This document shows, piece by piece, positions 1 through 8,510 of a DNA stretch of 59,414 nucleotides. Position 1 is the stretch's first letter. Each line of letters begins with the position of its first letter. The position numbers and the translations under genes were made by a program. The notes beneath the pieces were generated by a model, which did no database searches, was not told the DNA's origin, and worked only from the letters and a program-made list of their open reading frames with translations. This DNA is from an uncultured Bacillota bacterium (GTDB lineage Bacteria; Bacillota_I; Bacilli_A; RF39; UBA660): assembly GCA_946611635.1 (NCBI GenBank), contig CAMODW010000004.1:1-59414 (forward strand). Reading direction: 5' to 3'.

Positions 1-59
1 ATAATACTATTATTATAATTTTCCAAAATAATAATAATTTATTCTTAATCTTAATCATA

Positions 60-1658
60 CTAATTCTCCATTATCAAAACTACTAAATAATCTAAATACT
101 GTTTAATAATAACATTAATATTATTTTTAGAATATATTTTCTTCAAATCATCATTATATATAAGTTCATAATTATCATTAACTAATTCCTTCTCAAAATC
201 AGCCGATAGATAAAAAGAATTGATAGATTTATAAGCTTTATTCTTATACCTTAAACTAACTATATTATCTACATAACTAGCTTTAATTAAATCTAAATTA
301 ATACTCTTTTCAATATTACCAATACCTTTATATTTATTCCATACTTTTTTAGGAATATCATTAAGTACTTCTTCTCTATTAAAACGATGATAATATTTCT
401 CTTTAAATTCTTTAAAACTAACACTTTTTATTTCTTTAAACTCTTTATTACTTAATTCTTTTTGTAATTCAATAATATAATCTGTACTATTTGCTATAGA
501 TATCTCATTATCAAGAGAATTACCTGTATTAAAACCTACAACTTCACCATTAGAATTATATAATGCACTACCAACATCACTTTTATTTAATGCTAACAAG
601 TTTTTATATTTACCATTAAACATCGTAACATTTTTTCCATAATTAACCATAAACCCATTATTACTTTTACTATCTATTACAAAAATATTATCATTATTAC
701 TTAATTGTTTAGAGGAAAAATTAACAGGGATTCCTACTTCTTCATTTAACTTAAGTATTACAAAGTCATACTCAGTATCAGCTGCTACTATTCCTTTTAT
801 ATTATAACTATTCTTATTAATATCATTAACATATAAAAATTCACTATTATTAAGCATCTCTAGTAACAAAGACCAACTAGTAACAACCAAACCTTTACTT
901 ATAAAAAATCCACTACCATATACATTAGTACCAGCATCAGCTAGTGCACTTATCGATACATTTTTACTTGCATTATCTTTATATAACTTTTCTAAATGAT
1001 CTACATTAACAATACTATCTACATTAGAATCTCCTAGAGATAAACTCTTATAAGTTCCCCCAATATTATCTCCCGCTTCTTCTTTATTTCCTAAATTATT
1101 AAAATACTCTTCTAAGTCTTCTCCCTTAGTAAACCAAGGCATAAATAGTTTATATCCATTTTTACCTTCTTTAAGATACAATACTAAAATAAAATCTTCT
1201 ATATTGCCGTTTATATTAGCATTAGGAAAATAAGAAAGAGTTATAACTCCTTGTTTAAATTCAACTGTTCTAATAAGTTTTACATAATCATATTTAATAT
1301 CTAGTTCATTTATCCCCTGAACAAACATATTTATAAACGATAAAGAAGATAAAGTATCAAAACCATTACTACTACTAATTAGTTGTTCTTTATGAAGCTC
1401 AGAAGATCTAGTTTCAATACTATCACTATTAAAAATTATATTAATTATCTTTTTAGTATATTTCTTAGCTTCTTCATTAACTAATTCAGTACTAACAAAT
1501 CCCTTTGTATCTATTTTATAACTCTTATCTAACTTCTCTATCAAACTATCTCCCTTAGAATTAATTTCTAATTTAGTAGTATCAATTAAAAAATCATTTT
1601 CACACAATACAACAGGAATAAATATAATAAATAATACGAATATCAATAGTTTTTTCAA
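60..1658 (-). CDS. secreted protein with a central trypsin-fold (S1/HtrA-like) domain; catalytic His not identifiable (possible pseudo-protease)
   Basis: 532-aa ORF. TTG start at 1658 lies 4 nt after GGTGGTGA and 14 nt below the upstream stop. Signal peptide MKKLLIFVLFIIFIPVVLC. Boxes GSGFFISKGLVVTSWSLL / DFVILKL / SDVGSALYNSNGEVVGFN align with the His/Asp/Ser boxes of S1 proteases, but the TNxHV His is absent. Confidence 0.5.
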   Translation of the reverse strand: MKKLLIFVLFIIFIPVVLCENDFLIDTTKLEINSKGDSLIEKLDKSYKIDTKGFVSTELVNEEAKKYTKKIINIIFNSDSIETRSSELHKEQLISSSNGFDTLSSLSFINMFVQGINELDIKYDYVKLIRTVEFKQGVITLSYFPNANINGNIEDFILVLYLKEGKNGYKLFMPWFTKGEDLEEYFNNLGNKEEAGDNIGGTYKSLSLGDSNVDSIVNVDHLEKLYKDNASKNVSISALADAGTNVYGSGFFISKGLVVTSWSLLLEMLNNSEFLYVNDINKNSYNIKGIVAADTEYDFVILKLNEEVGIPVNFSSKQLSNNDNIFVIDSKSNNGFMVNYGKNVTMFNGKYKNLLALNKSDVGSALYNSNGEVVGFNTGNSLDNEISIANSTDYIIELQKELSNKEFKEIKSVSFKEFKEKYYHRFNREEVLNDIPKKVWNKYKGIGNIEKSINLDLIKASYVDNIVSLRYKNKAYKSINSFYLSADFEKELVNDNYELIYNDDLKKIYSKNNINVIIKQYLDYLVVLIMEN

Positions 1659-1672
1659 GTTATCACCACCAA

Positions 1673-3283
1673 CTATATCTTACTTTTTAAAGTGTTAAAA
1701 ACATATATACTTGCTACTTTAGCATTATTTCCATTTAAATAAAAATCATGAAAAGCTTCTGCAATAGTTTCATCATAAATATAATTACCATTACCATCTT
1801 TAGCCATAGCATAATTTGATATAGAAGCTCTAAAATTATCAAAACTTATATTACTTCCAGTATCTCTAATAAATTTATTATATGCTTCTTCAATAAGCAC
1901 CTTACTATATATACCATCATTAAAATCATTATAAACAGCATACATTACATTTATTCTAGAACTAGTAACAAAAGTCATATCTGATACTCCATAATGATTA
2001 AGTAAAGCTACATATGATAAATAATGACCAAATTCATGAGCCACAGTACTACTTCTAACAGCATTACGAGGAAAATAACCTGTACTTGCTCCATAACTAG
2101 CTGAATTAGCTACTTTAGACGGATTTAAAAAATACTTCGTATTTAATAATATTTGCGCTTTTATACCAACTGGATAATTAGTAGTATTCTTACTTGTAAT
2201 AAAAGTAAAAATAGGCATAAAAGAAGCTATATAATTACCATTAGTAACATTTGCTAAAGTCATATTAGTCATATGATTACGTGCATTAGGAAAATTATTA
2301 TATATATAAGCAACTACTTTTTCTAGTTCAATAGCAAAATCAGTATCCATCTCACACAAATTAACAGCAGTAATACCATAATTACTTATTATATTATTTT
2401 CAATAGCTAATATATTAGAGCTACACTTACTCTTTTGTTTATTACTATCATATCTTATCAAATCTAATACTTCTTGTTTATTAGATAATTCTATTTGTTT
2501 AAAATATTGATTATCATGTATTATACTAGTTTGATACTTTTCAGTAACTACTCCATTATATCCAGATTTAGAAACTCCTTTTAATGAAGAATACTTCTCT
2601 AATCCAGGATTAGAAGGAATTGTTGGAATCGTGGGTGTAGCTGGAGTTGTCGGTGTCGTAGGTGTAGGAGGATTTGCTGGTGTTGTTGGCGAAGGTGGAG
2701 TCGTAGGTGTTGTTGGAGTCGTAGGTGTAGTTGGTGTAGTCGGAGTCGTAGGTGTAGTTGGATTTGTCGGAGTTTCAGGTGTTGTTACACCAGGATCCGT
2801 TTCATTACCCGTACCTACATTAGTATCACTACCATTATTACCCGTCTCATTTTCTTGATTATTATTATCACTACTTACTTTTTGTTCATCTAATCCTACA
2901 AAAAAGAAATCATTTGAATTCTTATTAATAATAAAATATGCAGCAGCTATCCAACAAGCAAGTAATATTAGAGCTACAAAAAGATTTATAGATTTACTCT
3001 TAATATCCTTAGCAACAACTATAAAATTATTATCAGAATTATTATTAGTTAATTCTCCATCATCAATAGGTTCTTCTTTTTTAGACATTAAATTGTTCAA
3101 TGGTGGATATTCAGCATCATTATTACTAAACATCTCATCTTCTTTTTTATTATTATCACTTATAATAGTATTTAACTGCGTATCTTTTCTTAAATAAGCT
3201 CCACAATTAGGACAGAAAGAAACACCTGGATTACTAACTATTGTTTTACACTTTTTACATTCCATCTTCTTCACCATCCTCAT
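1673..3283 (-). CDS. zinc-ribbon / single-TM / Pro-Thr-linker protein with a C-terminal HEFGH zinc metallopeptidase domain (anthrax-LF / PPEP-like, M34-type)
   Basis: 536-aa ORF; the true start may be MECKK at 3265, after GGTGAAG. N-terminal CKKC..CPNC zinc ribbon, TM LFVALILLACWIAAAYFII, TPTTPTTP linker. HEFGH is followed by KFIRDTGSNIS...SNYA...ETIAEAF, resembling the LF pattern KFIDIF..GSNLTSY...EFFAEAF. Confidence 0.55.
   Translation of the reverse strand: MRMVKKMECKKCKTIVSNPGVSFCPNCGAYLRKDTQLNTIISDNNKKEDEMFSNNDAEYPPLNNLMSKKEEPIDDGELTNNNSDNNFIVVAKDIKSKSINLFVALILLACWIAAAYFIINKNSNDFFFVGLDEQKVSSDNNNQENETGNNGSDTNVGTGNETDPGVTTPETPTNPTTPTTPTTPTTPTTPTTPTTPPSPTTPANPPTPTTPTTPATPTIPTIPSNPGLEKYSSLKGVSKSGYNGVVTEKYQTSIIHDNQYFKQIELSNKQEVLDLIRYDSNKQKSKCSSNILAIENNIISNYGITAVNLCEMDTDFAIELEKVVAYIYNNFPNARNHMTNMTLANVTNGNYIASFMPIFTFITSKNTTNYPVGIKAQILLNTKYFLNPSKVANSASYGASTGYFPRNAVRSSTVAHEFGHYLSYVALLNHYGVSDMTFVTSSRINVMYAVYNDFNDGIYSKVLIEEAYNKFIRDTGSNISFDNFRASISNYAMAKDGNGNYIYDETIAEAFHDFYLNGNNAKVASIYVFNTLKSKI
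2630..2790 (-). repeat. imperfect short tandem repeats encoding the Pro/Thr linker
   Basis: Reiterated ggtgtagttgg/ggagtcgtaggt units on the plus strand, giving (TPT/TTP)n in the minus-strand frame. Local G+T-rich island in an AT-rich window. Confidence 0.75.
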
Positions 3284-3318
3284 TATAAAAATTATACCAA
3301 AATACTATATTTTTTTAA

Positions 3319-3352
3319 AGAAAAAAAGCTTCATACTATCGTATGAAACTTT
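3319..3352 (-). terminator. Rho-independent terminator ending the 4294->3355 transcription unit
   Basis: Minus-strand hairpin AAAGTTTCATAC-gata-GTATGAAGCTTT followed by TTTTTCTTT. Confidence 0.7.
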
Positions 3353-3354
3353 AT

Positions 3355-3756
3355 TTACTTAACTACCCAAGGATCAGCTTCTGAACCTGTTCCTCCAGCA
3401 AATTGAACACCAGCTTTAAGAGAAACCACAGGTCTAGTATCATATGCGATTCCTACAAAATTACCTTGATTACTACCATCAGTATCTGCAAAGACAACAT
3501 TATTACTAGTACCAAAAGAATTAATTGGCGGAATAATAAACCAAGGTTCTCCAGTCGCCATTAAAGAAGGAGTATTTATATTTGATAATTCTTCATTTTG
3601 TATAAGTCCAACAGGATAAGTTAACTTAGCTTTATTATTTGATACAGCAAACAGATCAGTAATATTACCATCATATTTAGTAAAACATGAAGAATTCTCA
3701 GTTTTAATTGTTGAATTATAGTATCTATTGTTACTCGTCTTCTTCTGACTGAACAA
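3355..3756 (-). CDS. hypothetical protein without a signal peptide; start uncertain (TTG only); C-terminal ...TRPVVSLKAGVQFAGGTGSEADPWVV motif
   Basis: 133-codon frame overlaps the upstream gene by 26 nt. The first in-frame ATG is at codon ~66 (LMATG). A good terminator follows. Could be a coupled small gene or a gene fragment. Confidence 0.35.
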   Translation of the reverse strand: MFSQKKTSNNRYYNSTIKTENSSCFTKYDGNITDLFAVSNNKAKLTYPVGLIQNEELSNINTPSLMATGEPWFIIPPINSFGTSNNVVFADTDGSNQGNFVGIAYDTRPVVSLKAGVQFAGGTGSEADPWVVK

Positions 3757-4294
3757 AAACTATTTCAAAAGATAACGATAAATCTTCAGCAACATCTAAC
3801 AAGTCTTCCTCTTCAATATCTTCTTTAAATAACAATTTAACTTTTATATTTTTAGACGATCCACCATTTAATATATCATTTACTGCTACTGGTGAATTAT
3901 TATTTGTATAAACAACAGAATAATCAACAATATCTTCCATCTCCGGTGTAATACCGCTAAAATCTACTAAAGACACCTTACCAGGCAAAGATCCTGAATT
4001 AACCATATCAACAGTAAATTCATAATACTTTCCAGGTCTATTTAATAATACAGCATAATCAATTTTCATATTATCCGAAGGATTAATTGTTGCTGGTGTT
4101 GAAGCTTCTACTGAACCTGGAGATATTTGAACATTTTCAAAATGTATATCCCAAGTATTACCGGCAACAGCAGTTGCTCCAGTAATAGAAAGATTACTAG
4201 TTAAATAAGCATAGCCAATTCCTATTACTAATACGAGTAACAGCAATAATATTTTTACTGTTTGGCTGTCTTTTCTTTTAAACCTCATATACAC
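3731..4294 (-). CDS. small secreted or N-terminally anchored protein, paralog A of a 3-member family (candidate SipW substrate)
   Basis: 187 aa. Basic n-region plus hydrophobic core ILLLLLVLVIGIGYA, then YLTSNLSITGAT, WDIHFENV and PGKYYEFTVDMVNSGSLPGK, all shared with 9761..10318 and 10394..10945. RBS AGAGGTG. Confidence 0.7.
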   Translation of the reverse strand: MYMRFKRKDSQTVKILLLLLVLVIGIGYAYLTSNLSITGATAVAGNTWDIHFENVQISPGSVEASTPATINPSDNMKIDYAVLLNRPGKYYEFTVDMVNSGSLPGKVSLVDFSGITPEMEDIVDYSVVYTNNNSPVAVNDILNGGSSKNIKVKLLFKEDIEEEDLLDVAEDLSLSFEIVFVQSEEDE

Positions 4295-4355
4295 ACCTCT
4301 ATTATAAATATACTATAACAAAGTTTTACTATAAGTTATCTAATAGAAAGAAAAA

Positions 4356-6536
4356 TTAATTATCTTCTCCTCTTCCTAATACTTCACGAGGCTTAGAACC
4401 ATTTTGTGGTCCAATAACACCTCTTTCTTCTAATTGATCAATTATTCTAGCAGCCCTATTATAACCTAATCTAAACTTTCTTTGAATTAAAGAAGCTGAA
4501 ATTCTTCCTGTTTCATAAGCAAACTCTACAATTTCATTATATAATGGATCATCATCTGTTCCACCCGGTCCACTACCAATTCCATTACTAGCACCAGATC
4601 CATCAGCAGCTTTATCTAAAGTTTCATCATAAGTAGCAGTTTGTTGAGATCTAACAAAATTAATAACTCTTTCAACTTCATCATCCGTAATAAAGCAACC
4701 TTGAATTCTAATTGGATTATTAACTCCAATTGGCATAAATAACATATCACCTTTACCTAATAGTTTTTCAGCTCCTCCTCTATCTAAGATAGTACGTGAA
4801 TCTACAAAAGATGCAACTGCAAATGCTATTCTAGATGGTATATTAGCTTTAATAATACCGGTAATAACATTAGTACTAGGTCTTTGTGTAGCAACTATTA
4901 AATGTATACCTGCTGCTCTAGCAAGTTGAGTTATTCTTTGTATTGAACCTTCCACTTCTTTAGAAGCAACCATCATCAAATCTGCCAACTCATCAATAAT
5001 AACAACAATATATGGCATTTTTTCTCCTTTATCGGGATTTTTTTCTACCATATTATTATATTCTTCTATCTTTTTTACACCAGTCTCTGCAAAAAGATCA
5101 TATCTCTCATCCATAATACCTACAATTCTTTGTAAAGCTACAGAAGCTTTCTTAGGATCAGTAACAACCGGCCATAATAAATGAGGTATTCCATTATAAT
5201 GAGACATTTCAACCTTCTTAGGGTCCACCAAAACTAGTTTAACCTGATCATAATGATATCTCATTAATATTGAAGCTATAATACTATTCATACATACAGA
5301 TTTACCTGAACCAGTAGAACCAGCTACAAGTAAGTGAGGCATCTTCGTAATATCAGTAGTTTGAACTTTACCCATCAAATCTTTACCAAGAGCAACTAAT
5401 ATATTAGCTTTCTTTTGGTCCTCGGGAATACTACCTAATACTTCTCTAATTTTAACAGCACTAACATCCGGATTAGGAATTTCTATTCCTACTGTACTTT
5501 TACCTGGTATCGGTGCCTCTATTGCAACACTTTTAGCTGATAACGCTGCAGCAATTTCTTTATCTCTTGCTGCAACTTTAGAAAGTATAGTACCACTATG
5601 AACAGCAACTTCAAATTGAGTAACAGCCGGTCCAACATGAACCTCTACTACTTTACCTTCTATTCCAAAATCACTTAATACTTTTTCTAATTCCTTAATA
5701 TTTTTTCCAGTTGTACTATTATTATTTTGTTTAACTTTAGAAACCTCATCTAATAAATTAATACTAGGTAATCTATAAATACCCTTATTAGTAACTATTG
5801 GTTCCTTAGGGGCTTCATTTTCTACTTTAATACTACTAGCAACAGTAACAGGAATCTCAGGCTCCTTTTTATTAATTAAAGGATGCTTATCTTCTATGAC
5901 ATCAACATCATCGTCTTCTCCATCCTCTTCATCATCATTAGCTTTTCTAGAAAGTATAGACCCTTTAATAGAATCTAAAATACCTCCCAAATCAATATCA
6001 AATAATAATATTAAACCAATTATCAATAAAACAATTAATACTATAATAGTACCAACTTTATTAAATAAAGAATCAAAAGCATAAGCTAAAGTTCCACCGA
6101 TAATTCCTCCACCAACATTAATACTCTCTTCACCACTTGTAAATATAGATGCACTAACTCCAATAGTATCAATTCTTCTTTTACAATTTTCTACAGTCCT
6201 ATCAATAATCTCTGCCGGAGGAAAACTCTCTATAAAATAGAAATGACTTCCAACTAATAAAACTATTAACAACAAATAAAATCCAAATAATCGAGAAGAA
6301 ATTAAATTAGGTAACTTTCTTTTAAATAATAGATTTAAACTAATAAATATCAAAAAAAGTAAAATAAGAATCCACCATTCACCAACTAAAAATAACGCAC
6401 CTTTTTTTATCAAAGCTCCAAAAGCTCCAAATCCAAAACCCAATATACCTATTAGTAATAGCATTAAACCAAACAATATAATTTTCATTTCGGTATTAGA
6501 TGATTTCTTAGAAGATTTTTTCTTTTTCTTTGCCAT
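4356..6536 (-). CDS. ftsK: DNA translocase FtsK/SpoIIIE
   Basis: N-terminal TM segments, acidic linker, Walker A GSTGSGKS, DELADLM, and a C-terminal winged-helix gamma domain (LYNEIVEF..ISASLIQRKFRLGYNRAARIID). Start taken at MAKKKKK (6536) after GGTGAG, not the ORF-track 6593. Confidence 0.9.
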   Translation of the reverse strand: MAKKKKKSSKKSSNTEMKIILFGLMLLLIGILGFGFGAFGALIKKGALFLVGEWWILILLFLIFISLNLLFKRKLPNLISSRLFGFYLLLIVLLVGSHFYFIESFPPAEIIDRTVENCKRRIDTIGVSASIFTSGEESINVGGGIIGGTLAYAFDSLFNKVGTIIVLIVLLIIGLILLFDIDLGGILDSIKGSILSRKANDDEEDGEDDDVDVIEDKHPLINKKEPEIPVTVASSIKVENEAPKEPIVTNKGIYRLPSINLLDEVSKVKQNNNSTTGKNIKELEKVLSDFGIEGKVVEVHVGPAVTQFEVAVHSGTILSKVAARDKEIAAALSAKSVAIEAPIPGKSTVGIEIPNPDVSAVKIREVLGSIPEDQKKANILVALGKDLMGKVQTTDITKMPHLLVAGSTGSGKSVCMNSIIASILMRYHYDQVKLVLVDPKKVEMSHYNGIPHLLWPVVTDPKKASVALQRIVGIMDERYDLFAETGVKKIEEYNNMVEKNPDKGEKMPYIVVIIDELADLMMVASKEVEGSIQRITQLARAAGIHLIVATQRPSTNVITGIIKANIPSRIAFAVASFVDSRTILDRGGAEKLLGKGDMLFMPIGVNNPIRIQGCFITDDEVERVINFVRSQQTATYDETLDKAADGSGASNGIGSGPGGTDDDPLYNEIVEFAYETGRISASLIQRKFRLGYNRAARIIDQLEERGVIGPQNGSKPREVLGRGEDN

Positions 6537-6634
6537 ACTACTCACCATAATAATTATATAATAATTAAATACTAAAAGCAAAGAAAACAACATGCAAGAG
6601 AAAAATTGTTTTTACGTTTCCTATACATTATTTA

Positions 6635-6663
6635 TTGTTTTTTCTATTTCATATTGCTATAAT
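6635..6663 (+). promoter_or_regulatory. sigma-A-type promoter for prsA
   Basis: TTGTTT-17 nt-TATAAT, with TGc immediately upstream of the -10 (extended -10); about 30 nt before the AAGGAGGAAAGG RBS. Confidence 0.5.
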
Positions 6664-6695
6664 AATGTTTATGTTAAGGAGGAAAGGTAAAAAAC

Positions 6696-7781
6696 ATGAA
6701 AAAGAATATTACAAGAATTGTAGTGTTATTACTTTGTGTCCTAATAGTAACTGGTTGTGGAAGCAAAATACCAAAACTATCTAACGGAGATGAAGCAGTT
6801 GTAACACTAAAAGGCGGATCAAAGATAAGTGCAAATGATCTATATACAAAATTAAAAGATGATTATGCATTAAATGCTTTGGTTAATATGATAGATAAGA
6901 ATATACTTGAAAAAGAGTATAAAAACAAGAAAAAAGATGCAACAAGCGATGCAGAAAAAACAATGAAAGAACTAGAAGACGCTTACGGAGATGATTTATT
7001 AAATACTATTCAATACTATACTTCATATTCAACTGTTGAAGGATATAAAGAATATTTATATATTAATTATCTTCAAAATTTAGCTATCGAAGACTACAGT
7101 AAAAAACAAATAACTGATAAAGAAATTAAAGATTATTATGAAAAAGAAATAGTTGGAGATATTAAAGTTAATCATATTCTTATAACTGCAAAAGTAAAAG
7201 ATGATATGACCGACGATGAAAAGAAAGCTAAAGAAGACGAAGCTAAAAAGAAAGTTGAAGATATCATTGCTGAATTAAAGAAAACTGACTCTAAAAAAAT
7301 TAAAGACAAATTCAAAGAATTAGCTGAAAAGAACTCTGAAGATGATGCAACAAAGAGTAATGGAGGTTCTTTAGGATATATTAATAAAGATACTCTAGAT
7401 AGTAGTTATGATGAATTAGTTAATGCAGCATACAAATTAAAAGACGGTGAATATTCAACTAAAGTTATCACAACTGAACTAGGATATCATGTAATATTAA
7501 GAGAAGCATCAAAAGATAAAGCTCCTTTAAAAGATGTAAAAGATTCTATCATAGAAAAACTAGCTACCGAATATAAAACAAAAAATCCAGTTGCTAGTGT
7601 AAAAGCCTTACAAGAATTAAGAAAAAGTTATGACATGGAAATTGTTGATAGTGAATTAAAAACACAATATGCTAAATACATTCAAAATCAATTAGCACAA
7701 GCTCAACAACAACAAAATCAAAGTAATAGTCAAGCTCAACAACAAAATCAAAGTAATAGTCAAGCTGAACAATCTAATTAA
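6696..7781 (+). CDS. prsA: foldase lipoprotein PrsA (parvulin-type peptidyl-prolyl isomerase) with a Gln/Asn/Ser-rich C-terminal tail
   Basis: Lipobox LIVTGCGS. Parvulin core VNHILI...GGSLGYINKD...ELGYHVI. Strong RBS. Confidence 0.85.
   Translation: MKKNITRIVVLLLCVLIVTGCGSKIPKLSNGDEAVVTLKGGSKISANDLYTKLKDDYALNALVNMIDKNILEKEYKNKKKDATSDAEKTMKELEDAYGDDLLNTIQYYTSYSTVEGYKEYLYINYLQNLAIEDYSKKQITDKEIKDYYEKEIVGDIKVNHILITAKVKDDMTDDEKKAKEDEAKKKVEDIIAELKKTDSKKIKDKFKELAEKNSEDDATKSNGGSLGYINKDTLDSSYDELVNAAYKLKDGEYSTKVITTELGYHVILREASKDKAPLKDVKDSIIEKLATEYKTKNPVASVKALQELRKSYDMEIVDSELKTQYAKYIQNQLAQAQQQQNQSNSQAQQQNQSNSQAEQSN
7698..7772 (+). repeat. direct tandem repeat (33 + 30 + partial 12 nt) encoding QAQQQ(Q)NQSNS
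   Basis: caagctcaacaacaa(caa)aatcaaagtaatagt repeated head to tail at the 3' end of prsA. Confidence 0.85.
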
Positions 7782-7796
7782 TATCAGCAAAAAAAT

Positions 7797-7818
7797 AGTA
7801 GAGAATTAATTCTCTACT
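7797..7818. terminator. bidirectional terminator shared by convergent prsA and the 7814 gene
   Basis: Perfect palindrome AGTAGAGAATT/AATTCTCTACT flanked by an A-run and a T-run. Contains the TAG stop of the minus-strand gene. Confidence 0.8.
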
Positions 7819-8509
7819 TTTTATTTTTCCCTGCTCTTCTATTAAGACTTTTAAACACTTGTGTTTTAGAAACATCATCCATATCTTTTAGCTTAGGTAA
7901 ATTAGCTAATGTTTGACCTAATAACTTAGAATCCTTAATTGTCCCTCTACTATTATCTTTAAGCGGAGAAATTCGATAAGACTTATTATTACTTAGCTTA
8001 ACAACCGTAGTATTTTCAATACCATCAAAAACACTTTCAGCATCATTTTTTGTTTTATTCCTTTGCTCCTTTAACCAATTATCAAATCCCGTCTCTTCAG
8101 AATCATCAACCTTTAATAGCAATATACAAGCTTGAGTATCATCTACTAAAACAAATAAAACACTTCTATCTTCCCTTTTATAATAAATTGGTTTTCTTAC
8201 TTCTATTTGAGCATCTATAAGATCATCAAAATTCGAAACTTCTACAATACTTCTATCACCAATACTAGGCAAATCAACAACATCAACTAAAACAGCATCA
8301 TATGTATTCATAATCTTCTTTAAAAAAGAATTATATTCATCTTCAGGAGACTTATTAAAATTTAAACCTTTTATAAAAAAGAATAAAGATATAAAAGCAA
8401 GCGGTATAGTTATAATCATATATTTATATAGGTCATTTACATATAAGAAATATGATATCAAACCTAATAATATAAAAAGTACCAAACCTATTAAACTCTT
8501 TTTATTCAT
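7814..8509 (-). CDS. 2-TM membrane protein with a ~170-aa soluble C-terminal domain and basic tail; last gene of the SipW operon
   Basis: Start MNKKS at 8509 lies 6 nt after GGAGGAG and 1 nt after the SipW stop. Two hydrophobic helices (LIGLVLFILLGLISYFLYV, MIITIPLAFISLFFFI). No recognisable catalytic motif. Confidence 0.7.
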   Translation of the reverse strand: MNKKSLIGLVLFILLGLISYFLYVNDLYKYMIITIPLAFISLFFFIKGLNFNKSPEDEYNSFLKKIMNTYDAVLVDVVDLPSIGDRSIVEVSNFDDLIDAQIEVRKPIYYKREDRSVLFVLVDDTQACILLLKVDDSEETGFDNWLKEQRNKTKNDAESVFDGIENTTVVKLSNNKSYRISPLKDNSRGTIKDSKLLGQTLANLPKLKDMDDVSKTQVFKSLNRRAGKNKK

Positions 8510-8510
8510 A

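Noticed and set aside
2631-2858. 75-aa plus-strand ORF (GVVGVVG...)
   Set aside because: It is the antisense mirror of the Pro/Thr repeat in the 1673..3283 gene. It has low complexity, no SD and no independent support.
3731-3756. Programmed frameshift fusing paralog A to the 133-codon frame
   Set aside because: The downstream frame is closed by a TAG only two codons upstream of its TTG. Fusion would need a +1 shift within about 30 nt, and I see no canonical slippery heptamer. Paralog A already ends where its paralogs end.
5896-6084. 62-aa plus-strand ORF inside ftsK
   Set aside because: It is antisense to the acidic linker and TM region of a clearly real gene. It is Ser-rich and low-complexity, with no RBS.
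6537-6593. N-terminal extensions in the ORF track (ftsK to 6593, rpsD from 20778, recA to 39903, gpsB to 41903, thiI to 16239, paralog 1 to 52460, engB to 58046 and others)
   Set aside because: The extensions begin at GTG/TTG or ATG codons that lie upstream of the SD, or upstream of the predicted -10/transcription start. The internal ATGs have proper SD spacing and match the conserved N-termini.
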